64,000 nucleotides of DNA from Mobula hypostoma (GCF_963921235.1 NC_086097.1:44022001-44086000); one strand, 5' to 3'. Counted from the stretch's first letter, positions 47,216 to 60,840 are shown. Made by a program: numbers and translations. Notes: a model not told the origin generated them from the sequence alone.

Positions 47216-50200
47216 TGATTAATGAACTCTTACAATATTGTTGGGCAGTAAATTCCAGGTTTTAGATCCACTGATGATAAAGAAACACTGACAGAATTTC
47301 AAGTCATGATTATGGAATGGCGAGAACTCAGTAGCAGCAATATTATTGAATATCGTGGAGATAGTTAGATGCTCTTGTTTATGAATATTACTTACCATTT
47401 ATTGGCATATAATTAAATATTGTCCGGTTTTGACTGTATGCAGACACAGTCTGCTTCATTGTCTGAGTATTTGTACAGTACTTAGAATTGAATAATGTGC
47501 ATTCATTAGCAGGCAGCCCCACTTCTGACAGACTATCAACTTCACCTCATGAAAATTTAAGTTTTTTTCCACATTTGGATCAAAGCTCAGATGAGATCTT
47601 CAAGCTAGGTGATCCTGGCAAAATAGTAACAAATGACTTTTCCTCTTGGTGGAAAGGAACCAAGTGTTCAAGGAACCTGAGGGCAATGTATTTTCCATCC
47701 ACGTTATTGGTGATCATGACGAAAAGAGATGCAGTGACGTTGTCTTTTTAAACTTTTAAATGAACCAACCTTCAGGAACTTAACAGGAATTGGAAGCTCA
47801 GAAGCTGGTTACATTCACATCTTGTTTGCCTCATATCCATCTATCAATGCCAGAGATCTTTTCATTAATATTTTTAATGATACATAAAATACAATTCTTA
47901 TGATTATAGCTTTGGTCAAATCCTAAAGCATGTGCGGACAATCCCTTTGTAGTGAGTAAAAGCTGTTAAGTGGTCTATATTTCACAGCAATGGCAAGATT
48001 TGGATAGTGGGCAGAGCCTTAATTCACCATATTGGCTCTTAACTATGTAGGCATGTTAGGACTTTCCAAGTGGCCCATTTCTCCTCTGCCCCTGCAGAAA
48101 GATGCTTACTAGTGTCTAACCTCAGGCCTGAGCTCACTGTTGAGATCTGCAAGTTGTGCCTGCCGCAGTTCTTTGTGGGTAGTCATAGCAGTGCTGATTT
48201 CCAGGCATTTGTCTGCAAAATAGTGATTGTGTAGAGGGTGTCTGGCATTCTCTGTATAGCTGTACTGGCCACAGCTTTCCGAGTGTTTGGTGGTGTTTTT
48301 GCAGCAATCAACTACTGGGGTATGAGGTCTGCCACGTATCCTCATCTGGTTTAGCCCACCTGTCCAAGTGGTATACTAGGACATGGCCACAGTTGCATAC
48401 AAATTGCTACTTGGAGCCACAGGTGAGACCAAAGGTGAGTGAGCCAATACTGCTACAGTACTATGAAACTGAATGGGTTCCTAAGAGTTATTGGCAGAGG
48501 GATTCATCCAGTGTACACTGCCACGCTCTTTTGATTGACTGTAAATGAACAAAATCAGTGTGGACTCCTACGGCAGATAATGGATTGCCTTCATACAATG
48601 CTTTCAATGATTGCATCTCCCAAACCTTCATTTTCATTGTAACATTCAAAATGATTGTCAATGCCTTCAAATTCTTCATAGGTCCTAACTTGTTGAAATA
48701 TTGAAATAATTTCATTTTTGCTCATGGCTGTTTCTGGCAAATCCAAGCCTGAATGCTTGAAACCACACTGAGCAAAACAGTTCTGAGTTGTCTTACTGCT
48801 TATTTCTTGCCAACTATCAGTGTCAAAAATTGCTGCTTTTTGAATGCAAACGCACGCAACTGATGCTGTTTAAAAACTTAGGTCTAAGTGCAGTGTAGTG
48901 TCTACAGCAAGCATAAAAGTTCTGATCATGTGTCCCCCAATTCAATGAGTGTTTAAATGGTGCGATATAAGACGCTACATAAATATAATGATGTTGTTGC
49001 TGCTTCCTGTGTATTAATAAATCATTGTTAAAGTAAAAGGAGAGATAACAGAGAAGTCAGCAATATTGACCCACATTGGAAATTTCGCAGTCCTTCAATG
49101 ACTGGAAAATGCAGGCCAATTCTCTTCTTCGAAGAAATGAAGCAGGCAATCTGTTAAAGCTGGGCATAGAGTCCTTATGTGTAACCAGGGACTAATTTCA
49201 GCTGAGTTTGTAGACCAATGGTGAATTTGGTGTGAACACATTTAAAATAAAAGCTCTTTCAAATCTGCACTCTTCACTTTGTTGGCACAACTTTTCTTTT
49301 CCATCTGACATTATTCTTATTATTTTGTGTTTAAGTATTTTTACTATCCGTTGACTTTGTTTAACAGTAGAACAGGGACTGTCAAGTTAGCTGAATGCAG
49401 CCTTTTTATCTTTAACAGCTTGGAAGGTCTCCACCTTTATATTCTTCTTGCTGCTGCACCCGGTATTCCTTTCAAGCCAAGTTGACTTTAGCTTTGGATC
49501 AACAATGCTGACATTTTCTTTGGATGGTTTTTGGGTATTTTATGGTGAACATGAAATCTATTGTCTAGTCTAGTCTAGTTCTTTCCTTGTTCCACAGATG
49601 TTTATTGCAGGATTCATAAAGTTCCTAATCTCTCCATGTAGCTGACCAATATGACTAGAACATAGTTTGTATGGAGCCTTTGGATGTTGTATTCAAATTT
49701 TGCACATAGGAAGAGGAGGCTCATTTTGCCTCCTGTACAGCAGTAATCACATCGAGCTTTACCTCCCATGTCTGCTTTATATATTTACATAAAGCTTTTA
49801 CCCATGTGGAAAGGCCACAATTTCCTTCACTCACTTAGTGTAATATTTAGCAAAAGTATGAATCGTGCTTGCCACGTTTAATTCAAATCCACACCTTAGC
49901 TGTAGCTTATGTTGAAGAGGGAGCCCGCAGAATGGGTTGCAGATTTAAGTAACTGGTTTCAGGCTAAATGTCAGCAGAATTCATTAAGGGCACATCCTAG
50001 TCCAACAGGCTTATTTGTAATTTTAAGACATGTGACACCAAGAGGTGAATGAACTTGAAGCAAGCTGAAGGAAACAGATGGAGAGTAAATGTTTACCATA
50101 AATTGCTCATTTTTAACTTGTTGACAGAAGGAAAAAATGTTATTCCATAGAGGAATGTGGAAAACAGATGATTTTCTTCCTAAATCACTATTTACATGGT

Positions 50201-50705
50201 GGTTCCCTCAGCAGCATCTGCAGCTGTATTCCAATCAACAAACTGCATGAATTCAACCAGCCACATCCAAAGATCAGCAGTATCTATCATTTTTATTTAG
50301 AAAATAATCCTCTCACCAAGATGACTGCTGTGACATGAGATAGGAACTTCAAAGAGAAGAGAGGATTATTTCAAATGTATTTCTCCCCTATTTAAAAAAA
50401 TTCTTCCTGGATTTGTTTGCTGTATTTTCTGTTGTGCTATAAATCATGTATAATTTTGTCAGACCGGATGACTTTGCCTCACAATTATAATTTTTTATCT
50501 TTCCAAAATAACTGTGTATTGCCCCCATGTAATGTTGCAGAACTATAAAGGTCCACTCAATGCTATTAAATTCAATACTATTAGCTTCAATCTCTTAGTT
50601 TACAAGTCTTCCGTTTCACAGCTGTTTGTCAATCCTGACTGTCCAGGGATAAGGAAACTTAAAATGGCAAGTTATTCTTAAGCAATAGTTCCTATTTTAT
50701 GAGCT

Positions 50706-53560
50706 CAGAATCAGAATCAGACTTAACATCCCTGACAGAACGGGGGATCAAGTGCACCCAGTAACCATGTAATTACAGAGAACCTAAGAGATGAACACTA
50801 GCCGGCCACGCCAGACCGGACCACAGTTGATGGAAACACACCCACAGCAAACGCGAAGGCAGAAGACACTGAGAGTGTGACAGAATCTGTGAATAGCATG
50901 CTACAGTGTAATGGTGATGGTACTCTGTAATGAAGGTTGGTTGCTGGAAGGTAGGTCATTAGTTGAATAGCATAGAATAGGAAGGATATTTTGGGAAAAT
51001 AGATGGGGAGGGATTTAAGTTAAAGCAGAGACATGAAGTTCCACAACTTCGATAGCATGGCCGACTGAGAAAGATTTCATATGGCGTCTGAGGGCACCGG
51101 GGAGGGATCTTTCCAGTAGCACACCCTTCCGAACTGTCCAGTCGATTGCTGGCCCAGCCACTGACAGAGATTGATGGGTTCTTGATTCAAATAGAGTTCA
51201 CCCCAACCCTTTCTGTACACCGATGAGATTGGCCTGTGAGCCTGTTACATTTGCCTTGCTGGTGCCCTGGAAAGAAAGAGTTTTAGCTACCAGAGAGTGA
51301 AGGGGTGAAGGCAAGGAGTGTGATTAAACTGCAGTCGGCCAGCAGAGAAAGAGGTTTTATATCACTGCCATATATTGCGAAATTTTGTTGTTTTACGGCA
51401 GCAGTACATTGCAATATGTAATAACTTTAAAAAGTATAAATTACAATAAAGAGTATCTATAAAAGGAAAAAAATAAATAAGTAGTGCAAATGAGAAAAAA
51501 ATTAGTGATGTAATGTTCATGAATTCATTGTCCATTCAGAAATCTGGTGGCAGAGGGGAAGAAGCTGTTCCTGATGGTAGCAAAGAGAAGAAGGAATGTC
51601 TTCAGTGATGAGGGTCCTTAATGATGAATGCTACCTTTTGAAGATGTCCTTAATGCTGGGAAGGCTAGTGCCCATTATGGAGCTGGCTAAGTTTACATCC
51701 TCCTGCAGCTTTTACCAATCCTGTGCACTACGCCTCCATATCAGATGATTAACATGCTCTCCACAGTACTTCTTTAAGAAATTTCTGTGTCTTTCATGAC
51801 ATACCTGTCCTCAAACTCCGAATGAAATATAGCCACTGCTGTGCCTTCTTTGTAACTGCAATAATATGGTTCGCTCTTAAATAGACTTCCGTAGGTCATA
51901 CCTGGACTTCTTGTATAGTACTGGATCACCAGTCTTGAATACCACAGATCTAGCCCTTAGAAAACTCTGAATCACCTGGTTCATCCACGTCTTTTGGCTT
52001 GGGTATGTCCGGTATGCTTTTGAGTGCACACTCACCCACACAGGTCTTGATGAAGTTGGATTTAACTGTGGCATATTCATTCAGATTTGAAGATGAATCC
52101 CTGAATGTTGTCCAGTCCACTAACTCAAAGCAAGCCTGTAAGCTCTCCTCTGCCTCCCTTGACCATACCTTCATGGTTCTCACCACTGGTGTGCTGCGGT
52201 CTGTACTCTCTGAGATATGCCAGGAGTAGAGGTACAGCCAGGTGATCAGAATTTCCAAGGTGTGGGCATGACATGGCACAGCGTAGATGGTCTTGATGGT
52301 GGTATGACAGTGGTCAAATGTGTTGACTCCTCTGGTTCCACAGATGATGGTAGTTGTTCAGAGACTTTTTCAAGGTTTGGCTGAAACTCCCTGCAATGAT
52401 AGAGAAGGTATCAGCTGTACTGTTTTGTGCTTGCTGATTAAAATTCTCAGCTCATCCAGTGCTTGCCTAACATTGGCTTGAGGAGGTGGAATGTACACCA
52501 CGACCAGAATGATGGCAGAAAACTTGCTCAGTAGATAAAAAGGTTGACATTTAACCACAAGATGCTCCAGGTCGGGTAATCAGAGCTGAGACAGAACGGC
52601 CATGACTGTGCACCACAATGAGTTAATGCATGCTCCACCTCCTCCACCTCTATTCGGCTGTCCTATCTTTGCAGAGAACATAGAATCTTTCAAGTTGCTG
52701 CACTGCATCCAAAATGGCCAGGAATAGCCATGTTTCTGTGAAGCAAAGTATACAGCAGCCCTGATGTCCAGACATCCACCCTGCAAAAACTCATTTCAGG
52801 GAGGTAGCACCATCAATTTGCGGGAGACTTCTGGGAGAGGTAGGATGTCTGCAATAGAGTAGCTCCTTAGCAGCTGGCCAGCTAGTTTAAATAACGTTAG
52901 CTATGCTAATGAATGAATGACACCTGTTAAACTCACCTCAACATGTCTTTTACAGTCTTAACCCACCATGGGCAATAGAAAAGTCACTGTTGCAAACATT
53001 GCAGCAAGCAACACTGTCATTATTTTGACCCCTATTAGGCAGGGGTACACTTCAGTGTAGTCTAGGGTGACGTACGTTTTATAACTTTTTTGGAACACTC
53101 TGCTCTCTCTCTCTCTTCTGGTCACTCGCACTCTCTCAAGCGCTCTCGCTTGCATTCTCTCTCGTCCTCTCTCGTGGTTGCTCGTGCGCTCTCAATTGCT
53201 TTCTCTCTCGCTCGCTTGCTTGCTCTCACCCTCTCTCTCTCTCGCGCGCGCGCTCTCTCTCTCGTGGTCGCTCTCGCGCTCTGTCTTGCTTTCTCTCGCT
53301 CGCTCTCAAAAAAATTGATTTCCGTGATATTGTATAATTTGTGGGCATCAGGGAGCCACTATTAATATACGGGAGACTCCCGGAACTTCCGGGAGAGGTG
53401 GGATGTCTGGATGTCCCTCTGATACAGCAATCTTGCTCTGAAGTCTTCACTTTTATTTTCCTGGCACTGTATATTTGCCAGCAGGGTAGTCAGGAGCAGG
53501 GGGTCTAAGATTGCAACATTTCAATCCTACCTGTAGACTGGTGTGCTGTCCGCACTTCTG
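50706..53560 (-). mobile_element. Rex1/Babar LINE remnant with internal deletion and nested insertions
   Basis: Endonuclease start LLANIQ..ENK..ARLLYQRDI (about 53410-53490), CFTETWL, GGGGACINSLWC, VVVYIPP, KVWS..LQACFELVDW; (AGAATC)n reverse tail at 50706. Confidence 0.85.
52769..53409. mobile_element. Non-autonomous DNA transposon (MITE) with 6-bp TSD
   Basis: Termini CAGACATCC / GGATGTCTG; TSD GATGTC (52763-52768, 53410-53415); internal CT/CG microsatellite at about 53100-53307. Confidence 0.9.
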
Positions 53561-55079
53561 TTTTCTTAAAGAGGAGCTGCATTCACTTGGACAGCAGTAT
53601 TCACAACCTGAGGCTGCTGTCCAAGGTTCACTGATTCTGATTATCAATGGATTTTTAAAAATATCTTACTGAAGTATCCATGGCTGTGACTGTGGATATC
53701 TACTGTAGTAGTCTTAAGTGAGAATATTTGATGAAATCATCGGAACTGCACGCAAAGAGCTTCCATTTAACAGCGCTATCTTACCTGAAAGCTGTTACCT
53801 GAAGAGCAGGGTAGACAGAGACCTAAAGGTGGTTGCAGATTCAGCTATGACGACCATGTCACCTGCTCACATTGCAGTACACACACTGATGAACTTCCTT
53901 CTGACTTACAGGACAAGCAAAGGTAACAGAAGATAACTGGAGACAGGCGAAATGTTACTGGGATGTACATTGCTTTGATGCTGGCCAGCTGGAGGGCTGA
54001 AAGTATCAAAGATGACAGTATTCTTATATTTAATCCAGCCTTTCAGATTTGATCTTTCAGTCAATGGTATTCCCTTTGAAAGTACAATATGTGTGAAGTC
54101 TGTACCTGAAGATTAGGCATTCATTCTTTACTGCAATGTTACCTGTGCGGTAAACTATTCAGGAAAGAGGAAGTGCAGGAACAGCAGGATGATGAAGATA
54201 ACCCACCACATCATTTCACGCTCATTGCCCACAGCTTTGGTACACATTTTGTGGATCACTTCGATTTCACAGAAATGTGATCCACACTCAAACAGCGACA
54301 ATGCATGGGTGTACTCTATCAGGAAAATCTGACAGCGCCGGTGCTAGCTTAACAATGGGAGAAGTCACACAATGTTCCTTTTCTCTTTATACATTTTCTG
54401 GAATGTGACACTGGGGGCAAGGGCAAAATTCCTCTCAAATTTCTCTCCAGAATGTAGAGTGAGCCACTATCTTGAACCACAGCAGATCTTCTGATGAATG
54501 CACATGCACAATGCTTTTCGGGAGAAAGTTCCAAATTTCCATATTTCTTTATGATACAGGACGAAGCTATTTTGGCCTATTAACCCTCTGCCATCTCATA
54601 CAGCAATTCCAGCTCCCCACTAATTTTTCCCCTAACTGCCTCAGGTTATAAGGGTTCAAAGGTGTTCTAGAGACTGTCTGTTTTCTAGTGATGGTCCTCT
54701 AACAAATTTTTAGGCTGCTGTTGCCCTGCCCGAGGAAAATGGCATTTGTACCATAGAGTTTAAATCTGTCCATTTTTCAGGACGGCATATGTGCTCACAG
54801 CTCTGACGCTGTACCTTTGCTGTTATCTCATTATCTCTCGGTCAGCCAGCCCATACTGCTGCAATTTTCAGAAGTGTGCACCTAAGTCTTGCAGATTAGT
54901 TTGAGACCAGCTTTCAAGGCTATCTGCAATCTTTTTTTGTAAGATAGCCAACTTCCATTAACTATGATACAATCACTGCATTGGAGTATTGGAGTATTCA
55001 ATGCACATAGAAGACAGGAGTAAGGGAACGCACAAGCAAGTTAATGTACTGTTGTATTATTTATCACATTAAACCATGC

Positions 55080-55365
55080 AGCCCTAAAAATCTCTACTAG
55101 TTTCAGAGCTATTCCAATTCTCCAATTTATTTTCCCGTAATCTACTGTATTCTTTATAACACATCCATAAGTTCTAATTGGATTCTCCAAAGATCCACCA
55201 ATATTAGGGGCAATTTACAGCAAACAGTTAGCCTATCATCATTGGGATGAGGGAAGAGAATGGAAAACCGAGGGAAGTCTACGCAGCACTGGGAGAATGT
55301 GCAAATTCCACAGGGTAGCTGCCAGAGGTCATGATCAAACCCATAACACTGGAGATATGAGGCTA
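55080..55365 (-). mobile_element. Old tRNA-derived V-domain SINE
   Basis: Reverse B-box-like GGTTTGATC and V-domain-like GGGAGAATGTGCAAATTCCAC. Confidence 0.6.
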
Positions 55366-55479
55366 AACAGGCATGATTAAATTCATGTTTCATTTATTTT
55401 GTAATGATGATAGACAGAGGGAACATGGTAAATAGGGGTCACAGGGATCAGACAATACTGAGTCAGGAGGCAGAAAGAG

Positions 55480-56075
55480 CTCATCTAGAGAGCCTCCGCC
55501 CCTCCTCGTCTAGTGAGCCTCCGCCCCTCCTCGTCTAGTGAGCCTCCGCCCCTCCTCGTCTGGTGTGCCTTCGCCCCTCCTCGTCTAGGGAGCCTCCGCC
55601 CCTCCTCGTCTGGTGTGCCTTCGCCCCTCCTCATCTAGTGTGCCTCTTCCCCTCCTCGTCTAGTGTGCCTCTTCCCCTCCTCATCTAGTGTGCTTCTGCC
55701 CTTCCTCGTCTAGTGTGCTTCTGCCCCTCCTCGTCTAGTGTGCTTCTGCCCTTCCTCGTCTAGTGTGCCTCTTCCCCTCCTCGTCTAGTGTGCTTCTGCC
55801 CCTCCTCGTCTAGTGTGCTTCTGCCCTTCCTCGTCTAGTGTGCCTCTTCCCCTCCTCGTCTAGTGTGCCCCGCCCCTCCTCGTCTAGTGTGCTTCTGCCC
55901 CTCCTCGTCTACTGTGCTTCTGCCCCTCCTCGTCTAGTGAGCTTCTGCCCCTCCTCGTCTAGTGTGCCTTCACCCTTCCTCGTCCAGTGTGCCTTCACCC
56001 TTCCTCGTCTGGTGTGCCTCCACCCCTACTCGTCTAGTGTGCCTCCACCCCTACTCGTCTAGTGTGCCTCTGCCC
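55480..56075 (+). repeat. 25-bp minisatellite, about 23-24 copies
   Basis: Unit about CCTCCTCGTCTAGTGTGCCTCCGCC; 25-bp period seen at 55491, 55516, 55541. Confidence 0.97.
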
Positions 56076-56239
56076 TTACTCCCCCTTCATCCTCCTGTCT
56101 CCTCAACTCTTTCTCCATACCTTTCACCACATCAACGTTATGCGTTCTGACTGCTTGATGTTTGTTAGCAACAAGGGTGGTCCTGGTGCCAGAGCAGTCA
56201 GCTGCAATGAAATTTGATTACTGCCTCTGTAAAGTAGCC

Positions 56240-56582
56240 ACCACAATCAAAGATCCCACCCATTCCAGACACTCTCCCTTCTCCCCTCCCATTAGGCTGA
56301 AGATACAAAAGCCTGGGAGCATGCACAAGTAAGCTGAAACACAGCTGCTACCCATGGTTATGAGATGATTGAATGGTTCCCTGGTACCATAAGATGGACC
56401 TTGACCTCACTGTCTATCTCATATGACCATGCACCTGACTGTCTACCTGCACTTTATTTTTCTCTCAGTTCTTGTTTTATCTTTTACTCTCTCAATGCAC
56501 TGTTGTAAAGTTGATCTATTTGGGTGGTATGCAAGACGTTTTTCTCTGTATTTCGGTACATGTGACATTAATAAACCAATTC
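56240..56582 (+). mobile_element. Rex1/Babar 3' fragment
   Basis: ATCAAAGATCCCACCCATTCC..GAAGATACAAAAGCCTG and tail CATGTGACATTAATAAACCAATT. Confidence 0.75.
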
Positions 56583-57699
56583 ACCAGTTCCTGCTCTGCC
56601 ACTAGTGCAGCGCACGTACAGAATAGTCCAGGCTGCAGAATCAATGTTTCAGTCATCAGTCACACCACTCATCTGCTCTGTTTGATATCCTGCGGCAGTC
56701 TGCCTCCTGTGCATGGTCCACACGTGTGCAGTGCTGCTCGCAGGGAATCAGCAGGTTCAATACCAACCTTTGCCACCCTGCAATTACTGTTTGGTTGTCA
56801 TGGCAGAGAGCGCAGTGGCATGATGATGGACTCACGGCTGCGGCCAGGATGTTAGGCATTAATCTGCGTGACATACGGGTTTACATGAAGTAATTGAAAT
56901 CCTGTACAGTTCCAGTAAAGTGCAGAGTAAATATTCAGAGGTTGCAGAACATTCTGTGTGAAGTTGATGGCATCCTGCCGATTAGGGAAGCCTGCAGTTC
57001 CAGCAAAGCCATGTGCCTGCTCTGTTTTCTGCTTTATGGGAAGAGAGAGTGCATCCAGTCTGCTCTCTTCAAAATAAAAGCATCAGTCATCTCTTTTCCG
57101 CAAACCAACAATAAACTGCGATATCTCCAGCTTTACAATGGGAGAAATCAGACAAATAAAAGTTCATTTCAACTGTTACTCCATTATCTATTGCCAGTGT
57201 GATCCTAGCCCAGCCCTTAGGTTATGACTGGTGCTGCAGCAGATATCAAACTGTAGTTGAGAACAGTTATCTAGTTCATGTTGCACCATTGGTCTCTGTG
57301 TATCGGGAAGATGTACCTTTCCACTGAGAGGCTGCTCTTGAAGCAGATTATCATGCACCACACACTCGGTGTTCGTCCTTCCAGTCAAATTGTACTTGAG
57401 AGGGTTTCTACTTTTCCACCTATGTCTCCGAGTGAATACTTCAGCCTGCTATTGTTCAACATCTGCTATGTCAACCCCTGGAAATTTCAGCAACCAAGCG
57501 TATGTAGAATCATAGAAATACACCAGCAACTCTTTAATAAGAAATAGATGATCCTACTAAAGGTTTTAGTTGTGAGGTGAAGAGCGTTTTTCCTCCTGCT
57601 GAACATGTTTAGGAGAGGGCTTTAATGGATGTGTTGAAATCCAACATAGCAGCTCTGTCCTAAAATCAACACTATGCACTCACTTCTTCACTGAAAGCA

Positions 57700-58870
57700 A
57701 GAGACACCAAGAACATGGGAGCAGGGGCAGGGCCGTCCATCAGGCCTTTCAAGACCGCCCCATCATTTAAAATGAATCATGTAGGACTCAACTCCTCCTT
57801 GGTGCCATTTATCCATGTCTCTATGTAACTACAAAGTAGGGGGCCAGCAATTTTAAATAAAGGTACATTGAAATGCCTTTTTTGCAGTGCATGCAAAAAT
57901 CTGGACATGCCAGCCACTCTTCTTCACTTGGATTTTGAGGAGATTTGGTACGTCACCAAAGACCCTGCAAGTTTGTACAGATGTATGGTGGAGAGCATTC
58001 TGACTGGTTACATCACAGCCTAATTTGGAATCTTCAGTGCAAAGGATTTCAAGAACTTGTAGAGAGTTATAGTCTTAGGCAGCTCCATCATGGACACAAC
58101 CCTCCATACCATCGAGGACATCTTCATGAGGTGATGCCTCAAGAGGGACATCACCTCCATCATTAAGGACACTCAGCATCCAGAACATTCTTTCTTCTTG
58201 TTACTACTATCAAGGAGGAAGTACAGGAGCCTGAAGATGCACACATTCAGCTCCTTAGAAACAGCTTCTTCCCCTCACCATCAGACTCCTGAACGTACCA
58301 TGAACCCATACACACTACCTCACGATTCCCTTCCTTTGTCCTATGTACTTACTTTTGTAACTTACGGATTATTTACCTTTGCTTATTATCAGTGATAATA
58401 AATCTGATTCTGATTCCTTCAATCCTCAAGCTAGCAAATATTTATCCACTTCTAATGATACAGCTTCCACCATCTGTCAGTGAAGGCATTTCCAGAGATT
58501 CACCATGCACTGCATGAAGACTAGTTTAAATCACTGGCTCCTTCTCCAGTAGTCACGTATCCTTGTTCGCCCACATGAAAGCATTCTAACCTCAGCCCTG
58601 TCAAGCCTCCTTAGGATTGTATGTGTTTGAATAAGGTCATTCCTCATTCTCCTATACTACAAGGAATACAGGCCCATGCTACTAATTGTTTAACCTGGTG
58701 AATCTCCTTGGTATCACATCAAATGTTAGCAATTTTTAAGGTAAGGGGGCCAAAACGGTATGCAGCATTCCAGGTGAGGCCTCGGCAACACTGCATGAGT
58801 GCAACTAAACCTTACTATTTTAAAACTTCAACCTCTTTGCAATGAAGTCCAAAATGCTGTATGCTTTCTT
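57700..58870 (-). mobile_element. Old CR1 3' fragment interrupted by Rex1
   Basis: CR1 tail at 57700-57820; body resumes at about 58415 (GGGGCCAAAAC..TCCAGGTGAGGCC). Confidence 0.65.
57935..58414 (+). mobile_element. Rex1/Babar 3' fragment
   Basis: GGAGAGCATTCTGACTGGT, RRKYRSLKMHT, tail GTGATAATAAATCTGATTCTGATTC. Confidence 0.8.
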
Positions 58871-59579
58871 AACTACAGTGAATTTTTAGTGCATGCATAA
58901 TAACACCATCACAATACAATGTGTTCTGTAACATGTACTGTTAGTGTGCTTTCATGAAAAGAACCTCTTTTAATACAATAACAGTGCTTTATTATTGAAA
59001 CTTCGATCACAACTAACCTAGGTTTACTGCTGCTTAATTTAGATTAGAAGTGAAGATGTTAAAGGAATTACACTGGGTATAAATATTGTTGTACTCACTA
59101 CAACTGCTGCCATTTTAGTATTTCCCAAAATTTACATTGCTCTGTAAAGAACAGTGATAACATTTTAATTGCCATGTATTAAATTGTTTTTTGTACCGTG
59201 TATGTTGCAGGTTGGCAAAGTAGAACACTTCCCTACTGATTTTGGAAGAGTCGGTTATCAACAATATCCCCTCCCCCACTCCACTCGAACCACCATCTAC
59301 ACCTTGGCCATTTTCCCCAGCCGCACTCAAAATGGATTCAACTGTTTAATCCCCAAATGTACTTATGCTGTGTATATTTACCAGATATTTGGAAACAAGT
59401 TCCCTGTGAAGTCAGAATATTTCCATAACGTCAACTAAATAATGGATTTTCCAAATCAATGCATACAAATCACAATTAAAATGTTGAATTGAAACACATT
59501 CTGTTCAGCTGACTACTTTGTAATTTGACTGAGGTTGACTGTGTTCCAAAAGTTATAATACTGTTAAAATTACAAGGAA

Positions 59580-59930
59580 GTTATACAAGTGGTGTTATAC
59601 AGCCAGAAACAGGCCCTTTGGCCAAATTTGTCTATGCTGAACAAAGTGTCTACGTTAAGCTAATCCAACATGCTTGTGTTTGGACAATAACCCTCAAAAC
59701 CTTTTCTTTCCTCGTATTTGTTCAAATATCTTTTAAACTTTGTAATTGTAGGAGTCTCTGCCACTACCTAGAGGTGTTCAGTTAACCCACCACTCTGTGT
59801 GATCTCACCAGTATCTCGTACAATTATAAAATGAATCCCTAATTCTTGTCTTCAGTGCCCTGGCTGATATGTGCAAGCCTGCCTAACACCCTCTTCACTA
59901 TGCTGTCTGTCTATATTCCTACTTTTGGCA
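59580..59930 (-). mobile_element. Old CR1 3' fragment
   Basis: ATACAGCCAGAAACAGGCCCTTTGGCC terminal hairpin and CCCACCACTCTGTGTGA. Confidence 0.65.
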
Positions 59931-60629
59931 TTTTAAGTAAAATGTAATATTTGGCCTTAGCCTTTAGATGTTTCGATCTCAATAGAAGAATGATTTTCTT
60001 CAATCCATCAAATTATTCTAAAACATTTGACTGCCCCCATTAAATTGTGAGGCTAGTTTGAAATAAACCAGAATTCGAATGGTTGTACTTTGAGTTTGAA
60101 GAATAAACAATTCTAATTGTTGTTGGCAAACGCTCCCAGCAAATAAACGATCAATGTGAAACTGCCAATTAAGTTCACTGCCAAAAGTGAAAAACAAGCA
60201 ATCTGAACATTTCTCAGGTTAACAGGGGCCATGGTTGAACGAGGCAGAAGTTCATATTTGAAACTGATTTTACAACTTCGTTGCAAAGTTCTCAAAAAAA
60301 TGTTGGCATTCTACAACGCCATTTTTGATTATAGTACTTAAGTGGTATAAAAATTATATTTCCACCATAGTAACGTTACAAGACTAATTTTCATACTAAG
60401 GCAGACAATTTTGAATAGCAACAGCTCTGAATATGTAATCAAATGCTTTGACCACAAAGCATCTGACCTGGTCATGCACGTCTGTTCTACACTTGACGTT
60501 GACCAACTGACAGTTACAATTGTTCTTGTATGTATTTTCTAAGCCCTGAGATTGTTGCTGATCGGTATTTGTGGCTCTCCTTTGTGCCATTTGTTTTTAC
60601 TTAAATCAAACAAGACATTGGCTTATGTG

Positions 60630-60840
60630 AGAGAATACTTGTATCTTTCATAAATAACTGGAAATGCTTTAGATTTTGCAAGTACAGTCTTTCGTGTAGG
60701 CAAATGCATTAGCCATTTTCACAGAATGATCTCCATACCTAGCAAATGGATGAATTTGTTGAGCGAGGCATCAAAGAAATTTTATTGCTTGCTTTAAAAT
60801 GTTATGTGATTTCAACATCCAGATTGATAAGGAGGTCACA
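60630..60840 (-). mobile_element. Deu-domain SINE relic
   Basis: AAATGCTTT..TGTAGGCAAATGC..AGCCATTTT..CACAG..GATCTCCA..AGCAAATG resembles the recalled reverse complement of the Deu domain. Confidence 0.45.

Noticed and set aside
53090..53450. Ser/Leu- and Arg/Glu-rich ORFs
   Set aside because: Translations of the CT/CG microsatellite inside the MITE.
55480..56075. CRISPR-like array
   Set aside because: Head-to-tail 25-bp units with no unique spacers, no cas genes, and a eukaryotic context.
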